IMG/VR virus record: IMGVR_UViG_3300037468_000175
Location: 1 to 50,853 of that record
From: a virus
Taxonomy: Duplodnaviria; Caudoviricetes
DNA: 50,853 nucleotides
Direction: 5' to 3' (one strand)
Part shown: piece by piece, positions 18,355 to 28,666 of the stretch
Position numbering within the stretch: the first letter of the stretch is position 1
Layout of the letters: each line of letters opens with the position of its first letter
Program-made: the position numbers and the translations under genes
The notes under the pieces: generated by a model
Told to the model about the DNA's origin: nothing
The model's input: the letters and a program-made list of their open reading frames with translations, nothing else
Database searches by the model: none

Positions 18355-20189
18355 TGGCTACATACATCCGTTATCAAGACCTCATTGATGCCGGTTATTC
18401 TCCCCAAGAAATTACCAAATGGGAAACACTTAACACCGACACCAAGATTATTAGGCAACCTGTAAGCCGAGCTACGACTATGATGGGCAATCTGGGTGAA
18501 GTAATGATGCCTGGGAATGTCAAGTTTTGGTCGCAAGCAACAGGTACGGGCGGTGAACAATTACCCTCTACCACTTACCAGCAACAAACCCAACGTCTTA
18601 TCAACCAGCAAGAAACACCTCAAGCCAGGATGGGTACGGCTCTTAAGCGTTTCCCCGGTTATGCCGGAACTTCATTTATGGAGAAACTCCCTGCGGCTGG
18701 AGAATGGGCGGCTATGCTCGCCCCGTCTATCGTGGCTGGTGGACCTGGGGCAACTGCTTCGGTTCAAACAGCCACTAAACCAGGATTGTTAAGGGCCTTA
18801 ACCGCACCAGTCCAAGTGGGTCGAGTAGGAATGGGGGGAAACATAATGCGTGGGGCGTTATCCGGTATGCAAGCCGGAGGGATTTATGGGGGAACTAGGG
18901 AAGCCGAAGGACTAACACAAAGAGCTTTACAGACATTAGGAGGAATGGGAGTTGGTGGAGTAATGGGGGGGTTATTCTCGGCTGGTGCCGAAGGAGTTAA
19001 GGCATTAGGCCGTGGCGTTCAAACCAGAATAGCCGAAGAAGGGGCAAGGAAAGTAGCCCGTCAAGCAGTAGCCCAACCAACTGTAGAAAACTTAGTTCGG
19101 TCTAAAGAGGCACTCACCAAAGCCCAAGTCCAAGGCGGTTTCTACCCCAAATACCGTTCACCCTCATATGCCAAACAACTGATGCAATCAATGTTAACCG
19201 TACCTACCAAGGTCAATAGCCGGATTAAGACGGGAGATACGATTGACGACTTGTTGAGGTACAAGATTACTTTCGACAGTCCGGAACAATTACGCAACCT
19301 GGCTCAACGGGTAACTGGGGCTCACGGTGACGTAACGGTAATGACCCGCAACGCTATATGGCAATCGGCAGGCAATACTCCGATTAACGTCAATGATGTT
19401 ATTCCGGCCGTAGACGACTTTGTTGACAACTCTTTCTATATGAGCGATACCCAAAAGGACATCGTGAAGCGTAAGGTGGCCGAGGAAGTTGGCAAACGCC
19501 TCCAAGCCAAAGGAGTTGGGGCTACCACTGATATATTCAAAATGAATGCCTTAGATGCGTACGACCTGGCTAAACACTTGGAACGCAAGGGATGGAATGA
19601 GATCAACAAATCCACTTACCTGACCCAACGGCTTGATGCCGAGGATTTAGGTCGGGCTTACTTAAGTGCCGCAGACATTCTGACCGACCAATTGAATGAC
19701 GTAGTCAAGCCGGAAGCGATTGCCGCCGTCAAGACTCCAGAGGTAATGGCTCGGATTAACGCCATTTCACCCGTATTAGCCGATGACGTAGCCAAAGCCC
19801 AGACTTGGGCTGACATACGGAGATTAGCCGCCACTTTTGTACGGGCAGACAAAGCCGCCGAACAAACAATGTGGGCGAACTATAGTGCCGCCATCAAGAT
19901 GGGGCAAGCGATTGATAGGCGCAAAGGATTGGGGGCATTGGTGCCGAAAACTGGACCGCTAACTTGGATACCTGGCTCTGAAGCCATCCTCTCCTCTCCG
20001 GCAATCAATACGCGGGTAGCCGTAGCGATGCAGGAAGCCCAACGGAAGATTGCTACTAATCCCCTATTAAGAGGGTTAGCCGAAGGGGCAAATAGGTTAG
20101 TGGAGAACCCGATAGCCAGAAAGTTAGGTCGTTACACCGCTATTAGGACACCAGCTATATTGCAACAATTAGCCAATCCGGAGGAATAA
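18354..20189 (+). CDS. Putative ejection protein
   Basis: Gly/Ala-rich hydrophobic helices followed by a helical body. Confidence 0.55.
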   Translation: MATYIRYQDLIDAGYSPQEITKWETLNTDTKIIRQPVSRATTMMGNLGEVMMPGNVKFWSQATGTGGEQLPSTTYQQQTQRLINQQETPQARMGTALKRFPGYAGTSFMEKLPAAGEWAAMLAPSIVAGGPGATASVQTATKPGLLRALTAPVQVGRVGMGGNIMRGALSGMQAGGIYGGTREAEGLTQRALQTLGGMGVGGVMGGLFSAGAEGVKALGRGVQTRIAEEGARKVARQAVAQPTVENLVRSKEALTKAQVQGGFYPKYRSPSYAKQLMQSMLTVPTKVNSRIKTGDTIDDLLRYKITFDSPEQLRNLAQRVTGAHGDVTVMTRNAIWQSAGNTPINVNDVIPAVDDFVDNSFYMSDTQKDIVKRKVAEEVGKRLQAKGVGATTDIFKMNALDAYDLAKHLERKGWNEINKSTYLTQRLDAEDLGRAYLSAADILTDQLNDVVKPEAIAAVKTPEVMARINAISPVLADDVAKAQTWADIRRLAATFVRADKAAEQTMWANYSAAIKMGQAIDRRKGLGALVPKTGPLTWIPGSEAILSSPAINTRVAVAMQEAQRKIATNPLLRGLAEGANRLVENPIARKLGRYTAIRTPAILQQLANPEE

Positions 20190-20190
20190 T

Positions 20191-23100
20191 ATGGCTTGGT
20201 ATGATGAGGGAGTAACCAGGGTTAAGACAGCCGTAAGAGAAAACCCCTTACAATTCACTCCGTTTGCTTGGCGTGAAGCTGCAGTCCCAATGGCAAAAGG
20301 TTTAGGCACCGGATTAGGCGTACCGCAAGCTGGTGAAGACCTGGGGTATGCAATGCGTGGGGCGTTAAACGTGACCCCTTTCGGTGGATTGAAAACGAGT
20401 GCCATAACCGGGATACCTAAGTCCTACGAACCGACTACGCCACGACAGAGAGCTATACAGGATATCTCACAAGGGATTTATGGGTCGGCTTTAATGTCAC
20501 CGATATTAGGGGCACGAGCCGCAGGTCCATTGGCTAGAACAATGACTGGTTCGCAAATAACTAGGTTAGGGTTAGGTCAGGTGGCTCGGACTATTCCAAG
20601 CGTTGCCACAATGGGTGCGGGATTAGGTGCGGGAATAAGGGCAATAGGAAATGTATTGACAGATCAACCTATATCTTCTGGTTTACCTCAAGCGGTGGGT
20701 CAGGGGGCACAGTTTGCTTTGAAAACAATGCCGACTATGTTAGGTACGCAAGCGTTGGTGGGTAAGGTAGCCGAATCGGTGCCTGCCCTACGCCAGTTAA
20801 CCGAACAAGGGATTAAAGGTTATGCTCCGATTGCCGAACAAACCATTGGTCAGTACGCCAAATCTATTGGTGATGTGGGGATAAGGCGGTTGATACGCGG
20901 TGTCCTATTAGAGACACCCATCGAAGCCATCACCTACGGAGTAGTGAACAAGCGGGGTGAAGAAGGTTTGATGCGGAGTATTGAACGTGAGGCATACGAA
21001 AACCTAATCTACAATATCGGTTTTGCAGGGTTTAATACCGCCTCAAGTGCGATGAGCCCCTTAGTTAGGGGGGCGGTCAAAAATGCAATCGAAACCTTTA
21101 GAGGTGGTGTAGTTGCCGAACCGCAAGCCGGATTTGTCGGAACACCAGAGGCAATGTTTAAGGCATTGACCAAATCACAAGTAGATAGGTTGCCAAAGTT
21201 CGTTCCAGTAGCCGAAGGACCGGGGGCGAAGACACGGGTAATGGTTTCCGATGCCGATTCACGCCTAGCTATACCCACTACCGCACTCAAGAAAGCCCAA
21301 AGCGGGGTTGATATGGTATTACCCCTCAAGAACATTCTCCAGCACGACATTCTTTACAAGGCATACCCCGAAATGGCCGACATTCCGGTAGCCATTATTC
21401 CCCAACGGGGCCAAATGAGGGTACCTGGGGCGGTGGGGTTATTTGACCCCGAACAAGGGAGAATCGAATTATTGGTTGACCCGACTGCCGGCGATATCCG
21501 TAAGAACGTACTCCACGAAATCCAACACGTTATTCAAGATGTCGAGGGCTTCCCTGGAGGCGGTTCACCGGCCAGGTCAATGGATGAACAAACGGCTCAA
21601 ATAATGGATGACTATGCGATGGCAGCTAACCTGCGCCGGATGTACGAGATGGGCGGGAAGAAGTCCTGGGATAGTATTGTTAAGGGGGTAGGCGGGGCGA
21701 CCAAACGGGCAGTCCAGTATGCTATGGACCAACCCCTACAGGAGTTAGATAGGGCCGTCAGGACATTAAAGACCCTCTCGGAAATGGAAGGGTGGCAAGG
21801 TTACCAGGGTACGGTAGGTGAACAGGAAGCCAGGGGTACAGAGTTATTAGCCAGTCTCTCCCAAAGGAAGTTGGCCGGAATTGACCCGTACGACACCGCA
21901 AGACGTTATGCCCAGATGGAAGCCACGGGTACGGTCACGCCGTTACCGAAAGAATTACAAGCCAACGTTTCCAAACCAGATACTTATAGTGTTGAGGGTA
22001 CGCAAAGAGACATAGAAGTAGACCAAAAGCTACTTGCTCAGTATGAAAAGGATATTGCCGACCCAAATACTAATCAGGCAAATCTTGATTACTTAAAGCG
22101 GTCAAGGGATTTGTTGCAAAAAGATTTGCAAAGATTGTGGAAGTTACGGAATCAAAACTGGAATCCCTTACAAGAGGCAACCCTCGTTTATGACGAAAAC
22201 AATGTCCCTCACTACGTTGATGCCAATACCGGAGAGGTGCTTAACCCCCGTGTTGAAAATATACCTACCGATCGTAATGCTCCACTTCCAGTAGTATTAT
22301 CGAAACTTCATTACAACGAAGCGGTTGATAAGTACAACAAAGCATTAGGGGATTATGTTGCGGGTGGAGGGATGCAAGCAAGTACTCACAACAGAACTCC
22401 TACGGCTGAAATTAGGAAGTTGTACGCTAATATTGATTCCGCAAAACAAATGATGGAAGCGGTTGCCTCCGGTGATATTCAAACAATAACTACTCTTAAC
22501 AATAAAATACCTCGTAATATGAGGTTTAGTAAAGCAATGCTTAATCAGGGAGTACAAGCCAACATACCCAAAATGACCAGACAGCAATACATCAACCAAT
22601 TCGGGGAAGACCCAGTTGATATGTTCGGGAGGGATTGGCAGAAGGTGGTTAACGCCAGTCTGCCGGTGAAACAAGGGGCTGAATGGGCTAGGTCGGCAGA
22701 AAAGGCCGTCTATGACCAACCGCAAGTACCTGTGTATGGCGGTCCAGGAGGGTTCGGTCAAGAGATGCCGATGGACGTAGAAGCCAATGTACCCAAAGCA
22801 GGTGAACCTAATTATATTCGTGGTTGGGATAGTACTGGTAAAAATATCACGTTTGTACCAGGACAAGATACGGTATTTGAAATGCCAAAAGAATGGGGTA
22901 ATCAGGTAGTTGTCTCTAAAACATTTACCAAATCACCACAAACAGGCAATATTGATGTGAACATTCGGACAAACGACGGTGAAATATTGATAATGCCTGC
23001 CGAAAGTCTAACCTACAAAGGCAAGTTAGAGTCATTACCCCAAGCCAATGTACCAAAAATCCCCGTTGACCAACAACTCGCTACCTGGATTAAGACTGAA

Positions 23101-23742
23101 TTAGTCAATAATGAGGTGTCTAGCGATGCGGAATTAAGGCAAGCTTTCGCCAACCAGGGAGTATCGGAACGCGGTCTTGATATGCTGATGACCCTTCGGA
23201 ATCAAATACTCGGTGCCGGAGGAATGATTAACTCCCAGGAGTTTGTGAACGATAGTGTTGATGATATTCTGCGGATGTCTAGCGATGTTCAAGCCAACGT
23301 ACCAAAGGCCGTTCGGGTTAAGGAACTCGGTGACTTACAGGCCGAATTAAAGGCGTGGAACGCCAAACTGGCACGCCCCGGATTGAGTGAGGCCGAAACG
23401 AGCGAGGCGTTCAACAAGGTAGGCGACCTGGAGACGGAGATAAGTGTCTTAAAAGGTAGGGGAGTTCAGGCGAATATACCCGGGCCAACCGACCCTTATT
23501 TGGCATATTCCAAGAATACAGGGTTGAATATGGCTAACAACCCGCCACCCACTAAAGAGGATTACCAAGACATAATCAAATCCTTCAAACAAGAAGCTCG
23601 CCATATTCCTAATTCTTGGTCTGGTGTATTGGATTTGGGTAACAAGCAAGAGAACTACCAACAATCAATCAAAGAATTAACCGATGAAATGAATAGTTTG
23701 TTTCCCAAAGGCGGTCCCCTCCCAAAAGTCCGGCCCCGGTAG
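20191..23742 (+). CDS. Large polyvalent ejection protein, short form; LPD23-like zincin domain plus QAN[IV]PK-delimited cassettes
   Basis: ILQHDILYKAYP...LHEIQHVIQDVEGFPGGG...GEQEAR motif. Confidence 0.75.
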   Translation: MAWYDEGVTRVKTAVRENPLQFTPFAWREAAVPMAKGLGTGLGVPQAGEDLGYAMRGALNVTPFGGLKTSAITGIPKSYEPTTPRQRAIQDISQGIYGSALMSPILGARAAGPLARTMTGSQITRLGLGQVARTIPSVATMGAGLGAGIRAIGNVLTDQPISSGLPQAVGQGAQFALKTMPTMLGTQALVGKVAESVPALRQLTEQGIKGYAPIAEQTIGQYAKSIGDVGIRRLIRGVLLETPIEAITYGVVNKRGEEGLMRSIEREAYENLIYNIGFAGFNTASSAMSPLVRGAVKNAIETFRGGVVAEPQAGFVGTPEAMFKALTKSQVDRLPKFVPVAEGPGAKTRVMVSDADSRLAIPTTALKKAQSGVDMVLPLKNILQHDILYKAYPEMADIPVAIIPQRGQMRVPGAVGLFDPEQGRIELLVDPTAGDIRKNVLHEIQHVIQDVEGFPGGGSPARSMDEQTAQIMDDYAMAANLRRMYEMGGKKSWDSIVKGVGGATKRAVQYAMDQPLQELDRAVRTLKTLSEMEGWQGYQGTVGEQEARGTELLASLSQRKLAGIDPYDTARRYAQMEATGTVTPLPKELQANVSKPDTYSVEGTQRDIEVDQKLLAQYEKDIADPNTNQANLDYLKRSRDLLQKDLQRLWKLRNQNWNPLQEATLVYDENNVPHYVDANTGEVLNPRVENIPTDRNAPLPVVLSKLHYNEAVDKYNKALGDYVAGGGMQASTHNRTPTAEIRKLYANIDSAKQMMEAVASGDIQTITTLNNKIPRNMRFSKAMLNQGVQANIPKMTRQQYINQFGEDPVDMFGRDWQKVVNASLPVKQGAEWARSAEKAVYDQPQVPVYGGPGGFGQEMPMDVEANVPKAGEPNYIRGWDSTGKNITFVPGQDTVFEMPKEWGNQVVVSKTFTKSPQTGNIDVNIRTNDGEILIMPAESLTYKGKLESLPQANVPKIPVDQQLATWIKTELVNNEVSSDAELRQAFANQGVSERGLDMLMTLRNQILGAGGMINSQEFVNDSVDDILRMSSDVQANVPKAVRVKELGDLQAELKAWNAKLARPGLSEAETSEAFNKVGDLETEISVLKGRGVQANIPGPTDPYLAYSKNTGLNMANNPPPTKEDYQDIIKSFKQEARHIPNSWSGVLDLGNKQENYQQSIKELTDEMNSLFPKGGPLPKVRPR

Positions 23743-23749
23743 CCGGGGC
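23721..23749 (+). promoter_or_regulatory. Programmed -1 ribosomal frameshift signal
   Basis: C_CCA_AAA in frame, 5-nt spacer, perfect GCCCCGG-TAG-CCGGGGC hairpin; the -1 frame is open to 26174. Confidence 0.85.
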
Positions 23750-26174
23750 AAAACCCCAGGCGAATATTCCCAAACCCATTATTGGCAACCAGGGTAACAA
23801 ATACTATGCGGTACCCAACGACACGGGTAATTACACCGTAGTTGACTCCAAAGGTAACGCCCTCGATAAGTACAGCAATATCCCTTCCGCCAAAGCCCAG
23901 GAAGCCCTGGACAAACTCATTCCCCCGTACCGAGCCGTATTTGATAAAGCCAGGAAAACTTACGCGGTCATTGATAGGCAAGGAGAGGTACTAGACACCG
24001 CCACCACTCGAGCCGGTGCCGAAGGGGTAATAGAGTATTACAAAGAAAGTGGTGTCCAGGCCAATATTCCCAAACCAGACCAATTACCTACCAAAACTCC
24101 TGAAACTAATAAAGAAGCCGCCGAATACATCGGGATTACCGAGAATGAGTTAACGAGTAAATACTCTAAACTTAATGAGGACTTGCAAGATGCAATGGAC
24201 CCCCAAATGAGAGAGGGAGTAACAAGAGATTGGGTAGAAAAACACCAAGATTATCTTGACGACATAGACGAGTTTATGGAGCAACCGGGTGAAGATTATG
24301 GTAGGGGAGGCATTTTAGATATGGAGGAAGCCGAAGAGGCCGGAGAAGTTCCAAAATTACGTGAGTTTACAAGATTAACCAAAGACAAGTTGATGGAATT
24401 GACCAATGATGCCATTTATAACGTCTTTCACAATGACAATTACCCACCCAAACTACTGGAGGTCTGGAGGCGGTGGGAGTTGGCGGATAGTTTAGCCGAA
24501 CCCGTTTTAGGGAAGGCCAAAGCCACTTACGATGAATTACCGGATGAGATACCCCTTTATCGGGGGGACAAGGACTACACCTTGAGTAACCAAACCCAGA
24601 ACTTTACCACCGACCCGGCTATGGCTAAGAAGTTTGCTGGTGAGGATGGGAATGTGTACAAATACCTCATTAAGAAGGATGACCTCCATCCGGAGTTCAA
24701 TAATTGGTACTTAGGAGAAAGTGAAATAGTATTAGAAAAGCCAGCCGAAATATTGAAACAAGTCTCTAAAACACCAGCAAGTAAGTTCTCCGTCAAGTCC
24801 CCTACACCTCCAACTGAGGCAGAAGTATCAGCCAATATCCCCAAACCTATCGGGTCAAAACAAATCCTGTATCGGTCAGGCCAACCAACCAAACAAATAG
24901 GCGAGTTCTATACCAGCAATCCGTATTATGCTAAAACTTACGACTTGGGAAACACTAAAGGATTAACAAAAGGAGTCCTTTCAACTGAAGATTTGAATAT
25001 TGCCGACGTTAGAAGCAAAAATGCTTTATGGAATCAATACCTTCCCGAAGAATCAAGAAACTTCCCTAGCCGCTATACCCCATTAGCCGAAGATGTTCCC
25101 GTACGCCAACGGCAAGTAGATACCAGAATAGCCCAACGTATGGGTGAACAAGGGATTGATGCGGCAATCTACCGGAATGTACCCCTTACAAATTGGCTTC
25201 CGCCAATGTACGGGAGTAAGCCGGATGAACTTACCCTTTTCAGTGAGAAAGCCGGACAACAAATGGCTACCGAACCATTTAGTTTACCCAAACCAAAGTT
25301 TGGTGAGTTTACTCCCAAAGATTGGGGTTCGTGGTCTATGCCGATTGATTTTACTAATACTAGAGGCGATTCATTGAAAATATATCCCGATACAACTATG
25401 TTTGAAACATATACCGGGAAACCGGAGTCGTGGCATTTCGAGGTATTACCTAAAGGGGCGAATAATACCATCACCGAGTACGTACCAGCTACCACTAAAC
25501 TTAATGAGGCAGTAGATATTATTACCCAAAAGCATAACTTAGGTAAGTTCACTATACCAAAGACTAATGAGATTACCGGTTTATTGGAGGCCAATATCCC
25601 TAAACCTCTAGGTGGGTCGCCCATATCAAAACTCACCAACGATGAAATGTTCAAGGAGATAAACTATACCAGACCAACAGGGCCGAAAGGTGTACGCCTA
25701 TCAATACGCGATCAACAACGTCTACCCGAACGTGATGTCAATGAGTTCTTGAGTCTTGTGAAGCGGTATGCCACCATCAATACCAAGTCAGATGCGGAGG
25801 TTGATAGACTTTACAATGAAACCAGAGGGATACTCGATTATGCTTCCAGGCAATTCAGGAACAAAACTACAAGTTTAATGATTGATGAGTTCTTACCAGA
25901 GGAGTTGATAAGTGAACACCGGGGAGCATTGATTAAAACAAATGAGTTACTTAAAGATACAGCCAACGCCTCAACTCGTACCGATAAAATTATTGCCATT
26001 GATAAGATGATGAATGCCCAGCATACGGGCGGAAATATGTTGAGTTGGGGCTACAGATGGGACCCTGACGAGGGAAGAATGTTTGTAAACGACACCTTCG
26101 ATTGGTTGCGTAATCAGGGAAAACATATAGCCACCAATATTCCTAAACCACTCCAATCATTAGTAGGAAAATAA
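23727..26174 (+). CDS. -1 frame extension of the polyvalent protein (includes ORF 24183..26174); two ADP-ribosyltransferase-like domains
   Basis: No stop from 23727 to 26172; five more ANIPK motifs; LYRG..FTTD..A..F...ESEIV and LYRS...FYTSNP.YA..Y. Confidence 0.8.
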   Translation, partial: SPAPVAGAKPQANIPKPIIGNQGNKYYAVPNDTGNYTVVDSKGNALDKYSNIPSAKAQEALDKLIPPYRAVFDKARKTYAVIDRQGEVLDTATTRAGAEGVIEYYKESGVQANIPKPDQLPTKTPETNKEAAEYIGITENELTSKYSKLNEDLQDAMDPQMREGVTRDWVEKHQDYLDDIDEFMEQPGEDYGRGGILDMEEAEEAGEVPKLREFTRLTKDKLMELTNDAIYNVFHNDNYPPKLLEVWRRWELADSLAEPVLGKAKATYDELPDEIPLYRGDKDYTLSNQTQNFTTDPAMAKKFAGEDGNVYKYLIKKDDLHPEFNNWYLGESEIVLEKPAEILKQVSKTPASKFSVKSPTPPTEAEVSANIPKPIGSKQILYRSGQPTKQIGEFYTSNPYYAKTYDLGNTKGLTKGVLSTEDLNIADVRSKNALWNQYLPEESRNFPSRYTPLAEDVPVRQRQVDTRIAQRMGEQGIDAAIYRNVPLTNWLPPMYGSKPDELTLFSEKAGQQMATEPFSLPKPKFGEFTPKDWGSWSMPIDFTNTRGDSLKIYPDTTMFETYTGKPESWHFEVLPKGANNTITEYVPATTKLNEAVDIITQKHNLGKFTIPKTNEITGLLEANIPKPLGGSPISKLTNDEMFKEINYTRPTGPKGVRLSIRDQQRLPERDVNEFLSLVKRYATINTKSDAEVDRLYNETRGILDYASRQFRNKTTSLMIDEFLPEELISEHRGALIKTNELLKDTANASTRTDKIIAIDKMMNAQHTGGNMLSWGYRWDPDEGRMFVNDTFDWLRNQGKHIATNIPKPLQSLVGK

Positions 26175-26175
26175 T

Positions 26176-26409
26176 ATGCCACGAACCAACGGTACCGAAA
26201 CCAAACTAGCCATTGTTGGCCTCCAAAAAGACATTCAATATATGAAGGCCAAGATTGACGAAATGAGTGAAAAAATGGATGAGAAGTTTGTCACTCAAGA
26301 GGAGTTTAATGCCAAGATAGACCCTATTAGCAAGATAGTCTACGGGATTGTCGCCATCATTGTTACGACCGTGGTGGGGGCGTTATTAGGTGTCGTAATC
26401 AACAGGTGA
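26176..26409 (+). CDS. Coiled-coil protein with C-terminal TM helix (holin/XhlA-like)
   Basis: IVYGIVAIIVTTVVGALLGVV TM segment; in the lysis cluster. Confidence 0.6.
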   Translation: MPRTNGTETKLAIVGLQKDIQYMKAKIDEMSEKMDEKFVTQEEFNAKIDPISKIVYGIVAIIVTTVVGALLGVVINR

Positions 26410-26410
26410 T

Positions 26411-26929
26411 ATGAACCAGTACATTTTCGGTCTATTTGTTTTATTAGTAGTAGGTTTTGCGATTTACTACCTTTACCTAATCCTACGCCACCGAGAGAAA
26501 GCTAATGTGCTTAATTTTGCTTCCTATGTCGGTTTAGGAATATCATTTTTCTTCGTTATTCATCTTATTATGTTGATGGTCTACCCTGTTAAAGTTCAAG
26601 AAACAGAATTACCGTTAAAGGTTGAAAATACAGAGGTACGGCGGGGGGAATACCTGAGACTCCAAGTCCATATCAGAAAGTACGTTGATAAGGAGAGTGC
26701 CGTTTCCCCCGCCATTATTTGCGACAACGGTTACTATTATGTCTACCCCAATGTCACCTCCAATATGCCAATGGGGGAGCAGACCTTTACCGTTGCCAAC
26801 ATCTACCTAATCCCCCTAGATGCACCGCTTGGGAAGTGTATAGTCAGGGCTACCGACCACTTCCAACTAAATATATTTAGAGGCATTAATTTCATTCAAG
26901 AGAGTGAGGATTTTACAATTATTGAATAG
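26411..26929 (+). CDS. Membrane protein (two TM helices plus Ig-like ectodomain)
   Basis: Two hydrophobic segments, then a beta-rich domain. Confidence 0.6.
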   Translation: MNQYIFGLFVLLVVGFAIYYLYLILRHREKANVLNFASYVGLGISFFFVIHLIMLMVYPVKVQETELPLKVENTEVRRGEYLRLQVHIRKYVDKESAVSPAIICDNGYYYVYPNVTSNMPMGEQTFTVANIYLIPLDAPLGKCIVRATDHFQLNIFRGINFIQESEDFTIIE

Positions 26930-26937
26930 GAGGTCTT

Positions 26938-27420
26938 ATGCTAGCAGTTAAGCCACTTTCCCAACGCGACCCCCGTTGGAAATTGAAAAAGTTGGGGTTC
27001 TCCGATTACACCATCGGAAGCAAGGGGTGCACTATCACCACCGCCACAATGCTGGTGAATTACGTGTACAACTTCGACCTGGGAGTTGACCAGTTCAATG
27101 AGTCAATGAAAAAGGTGGATGGGTTCGCCAAAGATCAGTACGGCCAAAAGGCACTCCTCATTTGGTACAAGGTAGCCCAAGTTTATCCTCGTCTTAAGTG
27201 GATTGAACGGTTGGTCAATTACAACAACGCCAAAACGTGGTGGTACGTCAACGTCCATAAAATCCCCGTGTGCGTTGAGGTTCACGCTTTCTCAATTGGC
27301 GCACCGAAGCATTGGGTTCTCTTTATAGGTGACAAAAAGATGGCCGACCCGTGGACTGGTGTAATTGAAAGCACAAGCAAGTACCCTGCAACGGGTAATG
27401 CCTTTTATCAAAAAACATAA
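26938..27420 (+). CDS. Peptidase C39-like endolysin
   Basis: SQRDPRW, IG..GC.IT, HWVL, DPW papain-like C/H/D motifs. Confidence 0.75.
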   Translation: MLAVKPLSQRDPRWKLKKLGFSDYTIGSKGCTITTATMLVNYVYNFDLGVDQFNESMKKVDGFAKDQYGQKALLIWYKVAQVYPRLKWIERLVNYNNAKTWWYVNVHKIPVCVEVHAFSIGAPKHWVLFIGDKKMADPWTGVIESTSKYPATGNAFYQKT

Positions 27421-27429
27421 GGAGGTTCT

Positions 27430-27675
27430 ATGGACATCTTTCAAATGGGCTTAGTCGGGTTAGTAGCCCTTGGGGTAGTCAACGTGATTACCTTTTTCAA
27501 ACCCAATATGGATTCACGGGTCAAGTTCGCTATCTCGGCCGTAGTGGCCTTTATTGTGGCTTTCATACCGCCTGACCTGGGGAATATCGTGCTGGACAAG
27601 ATACGGATTGCCTTGGAAGCCGCCTTCGCTGCTTCAGGCACTTACAAGCTTTTCACTAAAGCCGGAGGTGATTAA
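27430..27675 (+). CDS. Holin-like membrane protein
   Basis: Small, 2-3 TM helices, AASG.YK C-terminus; follows the endolysin. Confidence 0.65.
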   Translation: MDIFQMGLVGLVALGVVNVITFFKPNMDSRVKFAISAVVAFIVAFIPPDLGNIVLDKIRIALEAAFAASGTYKLFTKAGGD

Positions 27676-27694
27676 GAGTTAAAGGGAGGTAAAG

Positions 27695-28666
27695 TTGTCC
27701 GAAATCATTATCAATAAGAGTGGAGAAACTAGACAAATACGGGGTGCAATAGACCCCGTTTTTGCTGACAAAAAGATTGTTCCAGATTCACATCAAGTTT
27801 ACTTGACCCAAATGGTGGCTGAACAACGGATGAGGCGGGAGTTTGATACTTCCCAAAATGAGGCAACCGTAGAGATTCAAACAGGCCAACCTTGGATTGC
27901 AGTGTTCGTTACAGGTGACTGGCACATTGGTTCGGAACGTACTGACTACGTTCTCTGGGATAAACACCAGCATATCGTTTTAGAAACTCCGGGGGTATTT
28001 GAATGTATTGTCGGTGATGAACGGGATAACTTTGTTATTCCCAAACACGCCACCGGACGCGATGAACACCTTATCAACCCCCACCAGCAGGCCGAGTTTA
28101 TTGCGTGGCATTTACGCCGTTTGGAAGCCGAAGGGAAACTCCTAGCAAGAACCGGAGGCAATCACGATGGCTGGACTTGGATGATGTCGGGAATACACCT
28201 GGAACAAATCTGGTACCGCGAACTCAAGTCACCCTTATTGGAGAATGGGGGGTTTGTCCATATCAACGTTAACGACACCCTATATGACTTTTACCTGCAC
28301 CACGGTTTGAGTTTGTTCAATTCCAACTTTAACCCCAACCACGCTACCCGCAGGGCGTTTGAGTTCCAAGGACCGTTTGATGTAGGGGCAATGGGACACA
28401 CCCACGTTTCCGAAATAGCCCACGGATACAAGTGGAATGATGAATACCAGAAAGAAATAGTAATGATGCGAACCGGAACGTACAAACTCGATGACCAGTT
28501 TGCCAGGTCGAAACAATTAGGTCGCGGTCAATTACCTGGGGCTACGGTGCTGCTTAACAGCCAGGAAAAGAAAATGATGCCGTTTGCCAAGTTAGAAGAT
28601 GCAGTTACTGTAATGGAGGCATTAAACCTATATGGAATCTCACAGGGAATGCTTGGAAGCGTATAG
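27695..28666 (+). CDS. Calcineurin-like metallophosphoesterase
   Basis: GDWHIG, GD..D, GNHD, HG, GHTH motifs; TTG start with SD GGGAGGT. Confidence 0.85.
   Translation: MSEIIINKSGETRQIRGAIDPVFADKKIVPDSHQVYLTQMVAEQRMRREFDTSQNEATVEIQTGQPWIAVFVTGDWHIGSERTDYVLWDKHQHIVLETPGVFECIVGDERDNFVIPKHATGRDEHLINPHQQAEFIAWHLRRLEAEGKLLARTGGNHDGWTWMMSGIHLEQIWYRELKSPLLENGGFVHINVNDTLYDFYLHHGLSLFNSNFNPNHATRRAFEFQGPFDVGAMGHTHVSEIAHGYKWNDEYQKEIVMMRTGTYKLDDQFARSKQLGRGQLPGATVLLNSQEKKMMPFAKLEDAVTVMEALNLYGISQGMLGSV

Noticed and set aside
23740-23742. TAG read-through or alternative genetic code
   Set aside because: The continuation is in the -1 frame, and TAG/TGA act as normal stops elsewhere
24183-26174. Independent gene starting at TTG 24183
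   Set aside because: The frame is open from 23727 with two more QANIPK motifs upstream; better explained by frameshifting
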